The notes: generated by a model from the letters alone, not told the origin. A DNA stretch of 64,000 nucleotides from Candidatus Bathyarchaeota archaeon (GCA_963782525.1 CAWAKC010000001.1:256001-320000); one strand, 5' to 3'. Counted from the first letter of the stretch, positions 9,475-20,428 are shown. Made by a program: numbers and translations.

Positions 9475-9984
9475 TTATTCGTGGGGTCTTCGAGATCTTC
9501 CAGCGAGATAGACAAGGAACCGTACAATAAGGGATAAGCCAATTAGCATGATTATTGCTGACCAGAACTGGAACCATCCATTAAGAGTTCCCGCTAAGAG
9601 AAAAATGTTTGCTACAAATGCGGCGCCTAGCCAGAAAACTAAGTCGCCAACGTTTTGACCTATCCGCCTGACCCGTGAGTGCAACGCTAATCTAAGCGCT
9701 AAGATGACGATTTGTAATAATCCGACGCCTAAGAGGAAATTTATCACGGCAGAATAGAAAGCCATGTGGTCAGCAGGGTGCGCTGGAGCTGGCAAAGTGA
9801 GATTACTTGTGCTGCCAAGGTGGTACGTCGTTGTGGTTATGTCGGAAAAGAAGTTGTTTGTTCCTTGGTAAATACCGGGTGTTAGGGCAAAAACTGATCC
9901 CAGAATTATTAAGAATCCACCTACTGCTAAGGCAGTGATTAAGCCCTCGTGAAGATCCCTGTCTCTTATGGCATTTCCAATCAA
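9475..9984 (-). CDS. Hypothetical multi-pass membrane protein (paralog of 51277-51816)
   Basis: About four hydrophobic segments; shares LPAP, VILALR, VFWLG and WFxFW with the second copy. Confidence 0.65.
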   Translation of the reverse strand: MIGNAIRDRDLHEGLITALAVGGFLIILGSVFALTPGIYQGTNNFFSDITTTTYHLGSTSNLTLPAPAHPADHMAFYSAVINFLLGVGLLQIVILALRLALHSRVRRIGQNVGDLVFWLGAAFVANIFLLAGTLNGWFQFWSAIIMLIGLSLIVRFLVYLAGRSRRPHE

Positions 9985-10059
9985 GTTAAACCCTCTTTTT
10001 GATAATTCTCCTATTGGAAGGATATCAATATAACACTTTGTTTCGAGTCTGCTTGGGTT

Positions 10060-10680
10060 TTAGATTTGCTGTTTTCTGTACCATTCAGCGAACCTGTGAA
10101 TTGCCATCGCCCTGTGTGAATAGCCATTCTTCTCGTCGATGGTCATTTCCGCAAAGGTTTTTTTGCTTGCGTTGGGCTGGAAGATGGGGTCAAATCCAAA
10201 GCCTGATTTTCCCTGTTCTTTGCGTTCGATTGGAGTTATTTCCCCTTGGACCTCACCCTCAAAACAACTTGGCTCGCAGATGGTTTGGTCGTCGCAATAT
10301 GCTATAACAGATTGAAACTTTGCTTTTCTCTCAGGTATGTTTTCCATGAGTTTCAGGATACCGATGTTGTGGATAGTTTTGTAAACGTAGGCAGCGTATG
10401 GACCGGGAAAACCTTCCAACGCATCTATGAATAAGCCTGCGTCCTCCACAAAGATGGGCAGGCGACACCGTTTGTAGGCGTAGACAACGCTGGTTTGAGC
10501 TATGTCTTTTAAGCTATCGCTCTGTATCTCATCGCCCTTAAGCCTCAGCATACCAACTGCGATGCCGAATTGCCCCAAAATATGACGAGCTTCATTAAAC
10601 TTGTTGATGTTACCCGTTGCAAAAAAGACAACTTTGCTTTTCGGGATTTCACAGTAATCATTGTTTTCGTTCTTCGACAT
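10060..10680 (-). CDS. rdgB: Non-canonical purine NTP pyrophosphatase (Ham1/RdgB)
   Basis: FATGNINK, VEDAGL, FPGPY, GFGFDPIF, SHR. Confidence 0.95.
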   Translation of the reverse strand: MSKNENNDYCEIPKSKVVFFATGNINKFNEARHILGQFGIAVGMLRLKGDEIQSDSLKDIAQTSVVYAYKRCRLPIFVEDAGLFIDALEGFPGPYAAYVYKTIHNIGILKLMENIPERKAKFQSVIAYCDDQTICEPSCFEGEVQGEITPIERKEQGKSGFGFDPIFQPNASKKTFAEMTIDEKNGYSHRAMAIHRFAEWYRKQQI

Positions 10681-11313
10681 AGCGTCCACGCCTCTCTATC
10701 TCCCTAATTTTCTCATAAACCTTCTCCGCCGCTTCTACACCCAGGATGGAAGTGTAACCGCAAAGAACACTTTGAAGGCATTCTTCCCAGAATGGATAAT
10801 GGGTGCTTTGCAGAGCGCGCTTAAGTAAATGTAAATCTACTCCTTGAGCTTCGAGTTCGCCGTTTTTTTCTCCCAAGCCAAAATCAACAAAGAAGAGCTT
10901 GCCTTGGGGGTTTAGGATCAGGTTGGAGGTTGTCAGGTCGCCGTGGATTAAGCCATGGCTGTGTAGTTGAGCGGTGGATTCGCCGATTTTGACGCATATT
11001 TCATGTCGGTGGGCTTTGGAAGCTTTGTTTAAGAGCTGTTTAACCTGTTGCCCCTCAATGTACTCCATTATTATCGTAGATTGTGGAACATTTACCATGT
11101 AGATAAGCGGCGTTGATACACCTGCAGTTTTCGCTTCATGCATCAACTGTGGCTCATGCACAGTTCGGTAACTCCTAATCTGCAGATCCAACTCGGCCGG
11201 GCGATATTTTTTTGGGATTCTCACTTTGATGATTACTTTTCGTTCATGCCAATCCGCAAGGAAGAGACTGGCTTCGGCACCTTTTTTGATCAGTTTGGCG
11301 CTGTCTATTTTGT

Positions 11314-11326
<13 letters not shown>
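10658..11326 (-). CDS. bud32: KEOPS kinase Bud32
   Basis: KGAEA, KVRIPKKYR, HGDLTTSN, VDFGLG, RRGRY; directly downstream of kae1. Confidence 0.95.
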
Positions 11327-12344
<1,018 letters not shown>

Positions 12345-12426
12345 GTCATTCCACATTTAATCAGGGATAGATATTTTTATGTGAATCCAACGCTTATATT
12401 ACTGTATTATTTCCGGATTGATTTAG

Positions 12427-12876
12427 ATGCCTAAGCGTAATGACCTTGAACAGAAAGCACTCCACTATGTTGTCGGTACAGGCTATCAGGGTGTGCTGCA
12501 ATCAGATTTATGGCGTGAACTCGGCGCAAGCAGCCGCGAAGGCTCACGCGTTTCAATTAAGTTGGAAGAGAAGGGGCTTATTCGTAGAGAAAAAGAACTT
12601 CAAGAAGGCAGATGGACATATAGGCTCTACCCCAAAAGGTTGCCTGCATCTATAGAAACCATCGTGGATTGCCCATGCCTACTTTGCCCAGACAATGCAC
12701 GTTGCGACCCCACAACCGCCCTTACCCCGAAAAGTTGTCCCAAACTGACCGATTGGATTCTTAACTTAGGAAAACCGCCAGCACCCGCTGCGACAAATCC
12801 TGAAGGTCCAAGCGTACTAGCAGAGCCGAACATGCCAAAGGATGAGGATTCCGTTGCCGAAAGCTTGGATACGTGA
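12427..12876 (+). CDS. TFE-beta / RPC34-like protein (wHTH plus Cys cluster)
   Basis: GVLQSDLWRELG..SREGSR...LEEKGLIRRE wHTH, then CPCLLC...C...P.SCPKL..W, typical of archaeal RPC34 homologs. Confidence 0.75.
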   Translation: MPKRNDLEQKALHYVVGTGYQGVLQSDLWRELGASSREGSRVSIKLEEKGLIRREKELQEGRWTYRLYPKRLPASIETIVDCPCLLCPDNARCDPTTALTPKSCPKLTDWILNLGKPPAPAATNPEGPSVLAEPNMPKDEDSVAESLDT

Positions 12877-13486
12877 AAGAAAAAACGAATATTATTATAA
12901 AAAAGCCAAAGAAGAAAACTACCGCAGCAGATCCACATACAAGCTAATTCAAGCAAACGAAAAATACGGATTCATCAGATTACGCGACATAGTTGTTGAT
13001 TTAGGCGCTGCACCAGGCGGCTGGATTCAAGCAGCCCGAAAAATGACTGGCAAACACGGCTTCGTCTTAGGCGTTGACTTAAAACCCATCGAACCTTTCA
13101 CCCAAGAATACGTCCGAACGATTATCGCTGACTTCACTGAACCCGGAACAATTGATTTAATCCTATCTTTTCTGCCACGCAAAGCAGACGCAGTTCTCTG
13201 TGACGCAGCGCCAAACGTAACTGGCGTTTGGGAAGTTGACCACGCAAGACAAATCGATTTAGCCGAAAAAGCCCTAGAAATAGCTCAGTGTCTGCTGCGA
13301 CCCAACGGAAACTTTTTCGTCAAAGTCTTCGAGGGCGACTTGCTCAACGATTTCATAGAATCAGTGAAGCCCCTTTTTGAAGAGGTAAAACTGGTTAAAC
13401 CTCAAGCTAGCCGGCAGAAAAGCTCCGAAATGTACGTCTTAGCGTTGGGGTTAAAGACAGCGCGTCCAAGTGTTGAGGAAAACTAA
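12842..13486 (+). CDS. rlmE: 23S rRNA Um2552 2'-O-methyltransferase (RrmJ/FtsJ)
   Basis: YRSRSTYKL, VDLGAAPGGW, CDAAP, FVKVF, ASR..SSEMY. Confidence 0.95.
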   Translation: MRIPLPKAWIRERKNEYYYKKAKEENYRSRSTYKLIQANEKYGFIRLRDIVVDLGAAPGGWIQAARKMTGKHGFVLGVDLKPIEPFTQEYVRTIIADFTEPGTIDLILSFLPRKADAVLCDAAPNVTGVWEVDHARQIDLAEKALEIAQCLLRPNGNFFVKVFEGDLLNDFIESVKPLFEEVKLVKPQASRQKSSEMYVLALGLKTARPSVEEN

Positions 13487-13525
13487 TTTTCCTTATTTTA
13501 TTAATCATAGTTTAGGTGCAAAAAC

Positions 13526-14221
13526 TTGAAAATAATTTCCGCAGATTCTGCCGCAGCAATCCTCGATGAACAGTTTAACCCAATCCTGCATGTTGCGTCC
13601 GTCGCGGTGCTTGTTGACCCTCCTTATAGGGAGCCATCTTTTCGGTTGGTGGAAGCGATTTTCAAAGAAGTCGAATCGGGGTTTGATGTGATTGTGCATG
13701 AAGCTGAGCTCTGCCGAAACCTCCTCGATACGATGAAGGCCGATGTCGTGCATTTGGACATGTCTTTGGGCGGGATCTCTATTGAGGAGTTATCTCCAGT
13801 TGAACTTACGAATCTGAGGGCTTCACCAAGAGGAAGACAGAACATTCTTAAGATTTTGCCAAGACTCAGAAAAATAGCCTGTGAAATTAAAAGGCTTCAC
13901 GGTATAGACATGTTGGCGATTGGCAAGGAAAGCGTGCCTGTGCGGATTGCGGAGTTGACGGCTGGCGCAGAAGCAATTCTGTTTGCTGCCCAAAGGGCTG
14001 TGGATGAAAAAGAAAGCGTTATGTTGGGGTTACCGCACATGTGCCGGCCCAGAGTTTTGGATAACCGAGTTTATCTTCATTCGCTCACTGCAAACGAACA
14101 TGACGTGCGGGGATTCAGAGTGGATACGCAAAGTGTTCTAACAAAGGTTAAATTATCAGAAACGTTAAACCCTATTGCAAGAGGTTTCCGAGCGCTAAAC
14201 ATAACGCCACTAAAGAAGTAA
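13526..14221 (+). CDS. Conserved archaeal protein, DUF4152-like
   Basis: MKIISADS.AAIL, VLVDPPY, DVVHLDMSLGG, AIGKESVPVRIAEL. Confidence 0.65.
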   Translation: MKIISADSAAAILDEQFNPILHVASVAVLVDPPYREPSFRLVEAIFKEVESGFDVIVHEAELCRNLLDTMKADVVHLDMSLGGISIEELSPVELTNLRASPRGRQNILKILPRLRKIACEIKRLHGIDMLAIGKESVPVRIAELTAGAEAILFAAQRAVDEKESVMLGLPHMCRPRVLDNRVYLHSLTANEHDVRGFRVDTQSVLTKVKLSETLNPIARGFRALNITPLKK

Positions 14222-14233
14222 GAGGTTTATTGT

Positions 14234-14821
14234 TTGAAACTTGATTTTTCTTTTTGGACGAATGCCACCCCCCGGCGAAAACGCATTTACTCGATAGCAG
14301 CAATATTCATCGTTGCGTTCCTGGTTACGGTCGTCGGCAGTTTTTTACCCCTCAGCGCCTCAGATGCCACCACAATTAGCCAGAACCTGAACAGCACTTT
14401 AAACCAGAACAAAGCAAACAACACTCTAACACAATACATTTTCGTAAATAACTTTTCAATCTGCCTAGCAATGTTCATTCCTTTAGCTGGAGCCGCCTTA
14501 GGAATGTTCATCCTATTTGACACAGGCATTGCTCTTGGCGCTATTGCTACAACCCAGCACTACCCAGTCTGGGTAGGGTTAGCGAGCTTAGTGATTACGC
14601 CAGTTTTCTGGTTAGAATTCATTTCTTACTCGATTGCGATGGCGGAAAGCATTTGGCTGATTAGAAGAGTAATTCAAGCAATAAATTCAAAGGAACCGGG
14701 GCGAGGACGAATAATCCTTTGGCGCGAACTAAAATGGGCACTTATATTCATCGCATCTTGTGCAGGATTACTTGCCATAGGCGCCGTAGTCGAGGTATGG
14801 CTCATCACCGTTTTAGGCTAA
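14234..14821 (+). CDS. SpoIIM/DUF95-like membrane protein
   Basis: IFVNN, P..WLE..SYSIA, LAIGAVVE motifs; several TM segments. Confidence 0.7.
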   Translation: MKLDFSFWTNATPRRKRIYSIAAIFIVAFLVTVVGSFLPLSASDATTISQNLNSTLNQNKANNTLTQYIFVNNFSICLAMFIPLAGAALGMFILFDTGIALGAIATTQHYPVWVGLASLVITPVFWLEFISYSIAMAESIWLIRRVIQAINSKEPGRGRIILWRELKWALIFIASCAGLLAIGAVVEVWLITVLG

Positions 14822-14834
14822 AGAAACCTCACGG

Positions 14835-15407
14835 TTAAAGATGCTGGTTAATCAGTTTGGCAAAGTCTATGACTGTTAAGTCGCAGTTGCATTTGGGACA
14901 GGTCTTTAGAGATTCATGTTTTGCGCCGACCTTCAACTTTTCGCCGCAATGGCAGCAGTAGTAGGTTAATGCTTGGCCTCTTTCCGATAATTGCTCAACA
15001 AGCTCATTAACGTTGTATTTGGGAGGCGGCACCTTCTCTGCTTTCGTGCGCATTTCTTCAGCTTTGCCTTTCATGCCAAGATTTTCATATTCTTTGGCGG
15101 CATTCTCAAAGCGCCCAGTTATTTCGAATTTTTTGATTCGTGCCTTAGCGATGGCTTCGGGGTCTTTGCTTGTGGTAAAGTAACCGCAAGTTGCGCTTTT
15201 AACGTAGGGTTCTTCTAGTTCACTGCTGAAGAGTTCACAGTTACTAACGTTGAAAAAGACGCAGGCCAAGCAACTGTTTTTTCTGTAGGCTTCGTCGAGT
15301 TTCTTGTAGCAGGGCGGACAAACCTCAACTTGTTTTCCGTCACTAACAGAGTATAATGGGATACCTCTGAAGGTTGCACCGCAAACTTGGCAAACAGACT
15401 TTGTCAT
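14835..15407 (-). CDS. Hypothetical Cys-rich multi-zinc-binding protein
   Basis: CQVC, CPPC, CLAC, CCHC and CPKC motifs. Confidence 0.6.
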   Translation of the reverse strand: MTKSVCQVCGATFRGIPLYSVSDGKQVEVCPPCYKKLDEAYRKNSCLACVFFNVSNCELFSSELEEPYVKSATCGYFTTSKDPEAIAKARIKKFEITGRFENAAKEYENLGMKGKAEEMRTKAEKVPPPKYNVNELVEQLSERGQALTYYCCHCGEKLKVGAKHESLKTCPKCNCDLTVIDFAKLINQHL

Positions 15408-15492
15408 TTAAATCAGAAATGATTGGCATATACTTTCATATTTGTGTTTGCCAAAAAACGAACCGTTTTTAAGGAAATCTATGTTTTGAAGC

Positions 15493-16347
15493 CTAAGACT
15501 TTCTAATTTCTAGGCTAATGTCCAATGCTTTAACGCTGTGGGTCAATTCGCCCAAACTGATGATGTCAACTTGTGCATCAACATACTCAAGGAGGTTTTC
15601 GCCAGTTATTCCACCACTTACTTCAAGCAACACCCTGCTAAACCCAGCAACTCTTAGCGCTTTCCCTGCTGCTTTGGCGTGTTTGGGAGAAAAATTGTCC
15701 AACATAACGATGTCTGCACCAGCTTTGGCTGCCTTCAAAGCATCCTCAAGGTTGGTTACTTCGATTTCGATTTTTTTGGAAAAAGAGGCTTTAGCCTTAG
15801 CCCTTTTTACAGCCTCTTCAACATCACCAATTATGACAAGATGATTATCCTTGATGAGAACCATGTCATCTAAATGCAGTCTATGAGGGTCGCCGCCGCC
15901 AATGACCACGGCTTTTTTGTCAAAGTAGAGTAATCCCGGCGCTGATTTGCGTGTCGCCGCAATTTTGGTTTTCATCTTTGCCTCCTCAAGCTTCTCGGTT
16001 AACAATCGGGTTTTTGTTGCGATGCCGCTCATCCGTGAGAGCAGATTTAGCATAGTTCGCTCGACTGAAAGAATAGTTTGTGCGTCCCCTGAAATTTGGA
16101 GCAATACTTGCTTGTTTTTGATTTTTTCGCCATCAACAACTTTGGCTTCAATTTTTAATCCCAAGTACTCAGCTAGAAAGATTGCTTCCTCTATTCCTGC
16201 GACAACTCCATCTTCCTTTGCCATGACCTCTGCCTTAACTTTTAAACTCGCTGGAATAACTGTTGCCGCTGTTACATCGCCCTGTCCAATGTCGTCGGCG
16301 AGAAATTGCATTAGCTTTTCCTCCACAATTTTTCTGGGAACAAACAT
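15493..16347 (-). CDS. nadC: Nicotinate-nucleotide pyrophosphorylase (quinolinate phosphoribosyltransferase)
   Basis: ATRKSAPG, HRLHLDDMVLIKDNH, IEIEV, VMLDNF, EVSGGI. Confidence 0.96.
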   Translation of the reverse strand: MFVPRKIVEEKLMQFLADDIGQGDVTAATVIPASLKVKAEVMAKEDGVVAGIEEAIFLAEYLGLKIEAKVVDGEKIKNKQVLLQISGDAQTILSVERTMLNLLSRMSGIATKTRLLTEKLEEAKMKTKIAATRKSAPGLLYFDKKAVVIGGGDPHRLHLDDMVLIKDNHLVIIGDVEEAVKRAKAKASFSKKIEIEVTNLEDALKAAKAGADIVMLDNFSPKHAKAAGKALRVAGFSRVLLEVSGGITGENLLEYVDAQVDIISLGELTHSVKALDISLEIRKS

Positions 16348-16443
16348 ACTTTCTACTTCTCACGTTACTCTTAAAATGCTTGCCTTTCCTTGGTTGAACC
16401 AAGCTATAGTTAAAATATAATCTTGTACTAATCTGTATGTTGC

Positions 16444-17583
16444 ATGCGACTGCTCCTATGCTGCTCCGAACTCGGATTAGGCCACGTTTCCCGAATCATT
16501 CCGCTAGGGAAGCGACTGGAGAAAAACGGTCATGAAATGTTCTTTTTTTCAGGCGGCAAAGCATACGAGTTGCTCCAAAAAGAATTCACACATGTTTACA
16601 GGTGTACGCCAGTCTCATGGTACGAGAATGCTCATGGCATCATCACTTCTGCGTCGCTGCTCAACCTGTTGGTTCCTCTTCCACTCTTCAACATGGAACT
16701 AAACCGTTTTGAAATCAAAAACTCAAACGCCATGGAAACTATCCACCGCTACTACGACTTAAGAGAAAACATCCATGACATCGCACCCGACATCCTTATC
16801 GCCGACGGCGACATAAACGCTCTTCGGCTTGCTCAAAGATACAAGATTCCCTCAGTCTACATCGCCAACATGATACGCCCAAGCTACGGGTTTTCAGCTT
16901 TTTTGAGTCCAGGTGAACGCATAGTCGAGCGATATGTAAAGAACTGCTCAAAAGTCATTATCCCCGACAACCCTCCGCCTTATACTGTATCCGAATACAG
17001 TATCGGCAACTTGGATCATGTAGGCTTAAATGGGAACGTCGAGTATGTGGGGTCATTCGTTGAAACAACGCCTATTTTGGGTTCTCAAGAACATATTTTT
17101 GCGCCAATCAGCGGACCCGTTGGAACCCGCGCTAAACTCATAAAAACACTCATTCCAGTTCTGGAAAAATTGAAAACTAAATGCATCATAACTTTAGGCA
17201 CCCCTGGTAAGAAGTCGTCTGCGAAAATAGGCAATTGTGAACTCCACACCTGGCTCACCCCAGAAGAACGGCAAACCGCTATGCAAAATGCCAAATTCGT
17301 CATCTTCAGCGGAGGCCATGCAACCTGCTTTGAAACAATCAAGTATAGTAAACCAAGCATCTGCATCCCAACGCAGCCTGAACAGTTAGGCAATGCGGCT
17401 AAACTTCAAGATTTGAACTGCTCCATAACAGTCAAAAATTCCAAGGAACTTCAAAAAGCCGTTCAAAAAATGGAAAAAAAGATAGACTATTACAGCAAGA
17501 ACGTTCAAACGCTTAATGAGTTTTCTAACAGGTTCAGAGGTTTAGATAGGGCGGTTTCTATTGTGGAAACCTTGTTGGATTAG
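16444..17583 (+). CDS. GT-B glycosyltransferase (MJ1255/GT28-like)
   Basis: ELGLGHVSR, SGGHATCFE, IPTQPEQLGNA. Confidence 0.8.
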   Translation: MRLLLCCSELGLGHVSRIIPLGKRLEKNGHEMFFFSGGKAYELLQKEFTHVYRCTPVSWYENAHGIITSASLLNLLVPLPLFNMELNRFEIKNSNAMETIHRYYDLRENIHDIAPDILIADGDINALRLAQRYKIPSVYIANMIRPSYGFSAFLSPGERIVERYVKNCSKVIIPDNPPPYTVSEYSIGNLDHVGLNGNVEYVGSFVETTPILGSQEHIFAPISGPVGTRAKLIKTLIPVLEKLKTKCIITLGTPGKKSSAKIGNCELHTWLTPEERQTAMQNAKFVIFSGGHATCFETIKYSKPSICIPTQPEQLGNAAKLQDLNCSITVKNSKELQKAVQKMEKKIDYYSKNVQTLNEFSNRFRGLDRAVSIVETLLD

Positions 17584-17584
17584 G

Positions 17585-18208
17585 CTATTTGGTTAGGGTT
17601 AGGCGTTTTGTTTCGCCGCAGGGTGTTTGTTCGTCAAAGATTATGGCTTTGAACTTGTAGATTTTTGTGTCCTTAGTTAGCCATGTGTCGGGTGGTAAGC
17701 CTGCTTTCATGCAGCATTGACAGAGGAATTCTTCTTCGCACCAACCCCACTCAACAGGCACCTGCGGCAACAACAGGCCCTTGTATGGTCCTCTTTCAAC
17801 GATTAAGCCGTCTTCGCCAACCTTGATTTTGCTTACGTATTCCTTTGGGTTCTTTGTTTCTACGGACTCAGGTGGCGTTAACACGCTCACCTCAAAAACA
17901 ACCTTGTCGAGTTCTTCGAGGGTTAAGGGTTCAAAGCGAGGATCCTCTGTTGCGGCGTTAATAGCGCTGTCAATCACTGCCTCCACCAAAGGGCTTGTGG
18001 GGTAGGGGTAACCGATGCAGCCGCGAAGCTCCTTCTCGCCGCCCTTAACGCTGTTTATGGTCACAAATACGCCACAGTGTTCAAACAGTTTTTTGGGTGT
18101 TTCTTTTGGCGGTTTTGCACCTTTACCGATTTCTAAGTATTGTTCGACGGTATTTCTTGCGAGTTTAATTAAAAATTTTCCTTCTTCATCTGTCAGTTCA
18201 AACGACAT
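17585..18208 (-). CDS. AMMECR1-domain protein (TIGR00296 family)
   Basis: GVFVT, LRGCIG, DPRF, EVSVLT, GLLLPQV, C.KAG. Confidence 0.93.
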   Translation of the reverse strand: MSFELTDEEGKFLIKLARNTVEQYLEIGKGAKPPKETPKKLFEHCGVFVTINSVKGGEKELRGCIGYPYPTSPLVEAVIDSAINAATEDPRFEPLTLEELDKVVFEVSVLTPPESVETKNPKEYVSKIKVGEDGLIVERGPYKGLLLPQVPVEWGWCEEEFLCQCCMKAGLPPDTWLTKDTKIYKFKAIIFDEQTPCGETKRLTLTK

Positions 18209-18272
18209 AAAGCTCCTTCCTAGCGCTGCTCAACCACTCAAATAAACTAAAAAGTATTAAAAATAAAGTTGG

Positions 18273-18971
18273 TTAAAACTTTATGGATTCTTCAGTTACG
18301 CCTTCCTTAGTTATGATAAGGAAGTCGATTCCGTCGCCACTCATCGAGTCTCGGCTAATAGCAGACTTTATTGAGCGTGTAACGAGTTCTTTTGCTTCTT
18401 CAGCACTCATCGTTTCTTTGTAGCCTTCCTCAAGAACGCCCATGGCGATTTCCGTGCCTGAACCAACAACCGCGTATTTGTCAGGTATCAAAGATCCCAA
18501 GACGTCGAGCACAAAGAGTGATGGACCTTCATCATCTAAGCCGCCAACGATGGTTTGGGTGAACAGCGGTGAATATCTTCGGTTGAAGAGTACGTTGGCT
18601 AAGAGCTTTGAGGCTGAGCGCACGCTGATTTTTCTGCCGACGTCCATGCTGTAGAGTTGTGCTTGTGCCTGCATCTCCTTGGCGAGGATCTGCATGTCAC
18701 CCACGAGTCCTGCGCACGCGACGCCGATTTGGTCTGTTACTTTGAAGACTTTTTTGCCGCCCTTACTCATGATAAAGTTGCCGTAGGTGACTCTTTTCTC
18801 TGAAGCCAAGATTACACCGTCTTTGAAGATTGCACCGACGGTGGTTGCACCAGGCATCCATGCCATGCCCTGTTGAGCTTGGTTGCCTTGGCCTTGCTGT
18901 TGTTCCTGCGGCATCAGCTGGATTTGTGGAATATTCGGTAAAGTTGGTAATTGTGGTCCATAACCTTCCAT
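18273..18971 (-). CDS. psmB: Proteasome subunit beta, probably non-catalytic type (GATTVG), with Gln-rich propeptide
   Basis: TTVG...DGVILASEKR, AGLVGDMQ, GSG...A.G.LE, RDSMSGDG; ATG at 18971. Confidence 0.9.
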   Translation of the reverse strand: MEGYGPQLPTLPNIPQIQLMPQEQQQGQGNQAQQGMAWMPGATTVGAIFKDGVILASEKRVTYGNFIMSKGGKKVFKVTDQIGVACAGLVGDMQILAKEMQAQAQLYSMDVGRKISVRSASKLLANVLFNRRYSPLFTQTIVGGLDDEGPSLFVLDVLGSLIPDKYAVVGSGTEIAMGVLEEGYKETMSAEEAKELVTRSIKSAISRDSMSGDGIDFLIITKEGVTEESIKF

Positions 18972-19052
18972 AATTTTCGCCTTTTCTTGATATACACAAG
19001 ACAAATTATTAAGGTTACTTATAACCATTAATGACTGAGCGAAGTGGCTTGC

Positions 19053-19223
19053 ATGAGTAAGTCAGAACCGTTAAAGTGCCAAAAATGCGGCAAAACCCTC
19101 GGTTATGTATCGGTTACCGCAAAAAGCGTTTTAGCATCTAAACCCCAAGTCGACAACGTAAAATTGGTTGCAACATGCATAGATTGCACAGGCGGGAACA
19201 GCTTTTACCGCAGAAACTTTTAA
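19053..19223 (+). CDS. Small zinc-ribbon protein (56 aa)
   Basis: Read manually: MSKSEPLKCQKCGKTLGYV...ATCIDCTGGNSFYRRNF*; two CxxC; not in the ORF track. Confidence 0.65.
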   Translation: MSKSEPLKCQKCGKTLGYVSVTAKSVLASKPQVDNVKLVATCIDCTGGNSFYRRNF

Positions 19224-19259
19224 CATGCACCATGCCCATCGAAATGAAGAGACAACTGA

Positions 19260-19844
19260 ATGATTGAAGTCTACGCCCAAAACCTCGACAACACATGGTT
19301 TGCAGTAGCACTCAACAAACAACAAATCGTCACGTCATCTTTTGGAGCTGAGCAAAAAAACGCCCTAAACAACATATTAGGAAAATTGCCTTTTAACATT
19401 CCTTTTCAGGTTTTCCATGAACCCATAGCGTCCGCCAAAACAGCTCTTTCAGCTTTGAAATGCATTTACGACGGAAAAGAAAACAAAATTGCATTACAGC
19501 TGGCAACATCGCGTCTTCCGGCTTACACCAAAAAAGTCCTAACGACTACCTCGGCGATTCCGCTTGGATTCATAACTTCTTATGGGTCAATAGCTAAAGC
19601 TGTCGGCGGGGGACCGCGAGCAGTCGGAAACATAATGGCGTCTAACCCGTTTGCTCCCATCGTTCCCTGCCACCGAGTGGTTAAATCTGATTTTACGTTA
19701 GGCGGCTATGGGTTTGGTTTAAGAGTGAAGGCGGAATTGTTAAGAAAAGAGAAACGAGGGTTTTCTTCAATGAAAGAAATTGAAGTCAAAGGTGGACTGC
19801 TTAGGGTTTATCCTGTTGAGAACGTTCTTAAAAATTTTGATTAA
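19260..19844 (+). CDS. ogt: Methylated-DNA--protein-cysteine methyltransferase
   Basis: SYGSIA, PRAVG, NP...IVPCHRVV active site. Confidence 0.92.
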   Translation: MIEVYAQNLDNTWFAVALNKQQIVTSSFGAEQKNALNNILGKLPFNIPFQVFHEPIASAKTALSALKCIYDGKENKIALQLATSRLPAYTKKVLTTTSAIPLGFITSYGSIAKAVGGGPRAVGNIMASNPFAPIVPCHRVVKSDFTLGGYGFGLRVKAELLRKEKRGFSSMKEIEVKGGLLRVYPVENVLKNFD

Positions 19845-19891
19845 ACGGGTTTGCGCAAATGATAAATGCATGTGAGCCCCACTGAAAGCAA

Positions 19892-20428
19892 GTGAGCACC
19901 ATGGTTAATCGAGGCCTCTATGTTGGAAGATTTCAACCTTTCCATTTAGGACACCTAGACGCCATCAAATATGCCCTAAAAGAGATTGATGAACTCGTCA
20001 TTGTTATCGGCAGCGCCCAATATAGCCACACAGCCAAAAATCCGTTCACAGCAGGAGAGAGGTTAGTTATGGTTCGCCAAGCACTACGGGAGGCTGGGGT
20101 GGCTGATTCTAAACTTTGGATTGTTCCTGTCCCAGACGTTCACCTACACATGCTCTGGGTCAGTGCCGTTGAAGGCTACACACCCAAATTCAACTCAGTA
20201 TTCTCAAACGAGCCTTTAACTAAACGACTGTTCATGGAAGCTGGCTACGAAGTCAAAACCATTCCTCTTTTTGAGAGAAAAGTCTACATGTCCACCTTCG
20301 TGCGTGAAAAAATGGTTAAAGACGTCAGTTGGACAGAGTTTGTGCCTAAAAGTGTAGCTGACTTCATCTTGGAGATAGATGGCGTTAACAGGCTCAGAGA
20401 CTTAGCTAGAACAGACCGAGTCACTTAA
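19892..20428 (+). CDS. nadM: Nicotinamide-nucleotide adenylyltransferase
   Basis: GRFQPFHLGH, IGSAQYSH...NPFTAGER. Confidence 0.93.
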   Translation: MSTMVNRGLYVGRFQPFHLGHLDAIKYALKEIDELVIVIGSAQYSHTAKNPFTAGERLVMVRQALREAGVADSKLWIVPVPDVHLHMLWVSAVEGYTPKFNSVFSNEPLTKRLFMEAGYEVKTIPLFERKVYMSTFVREKMVKDVSWTEFVPKSVADFILEIDGVNRLRDLARTDRVT

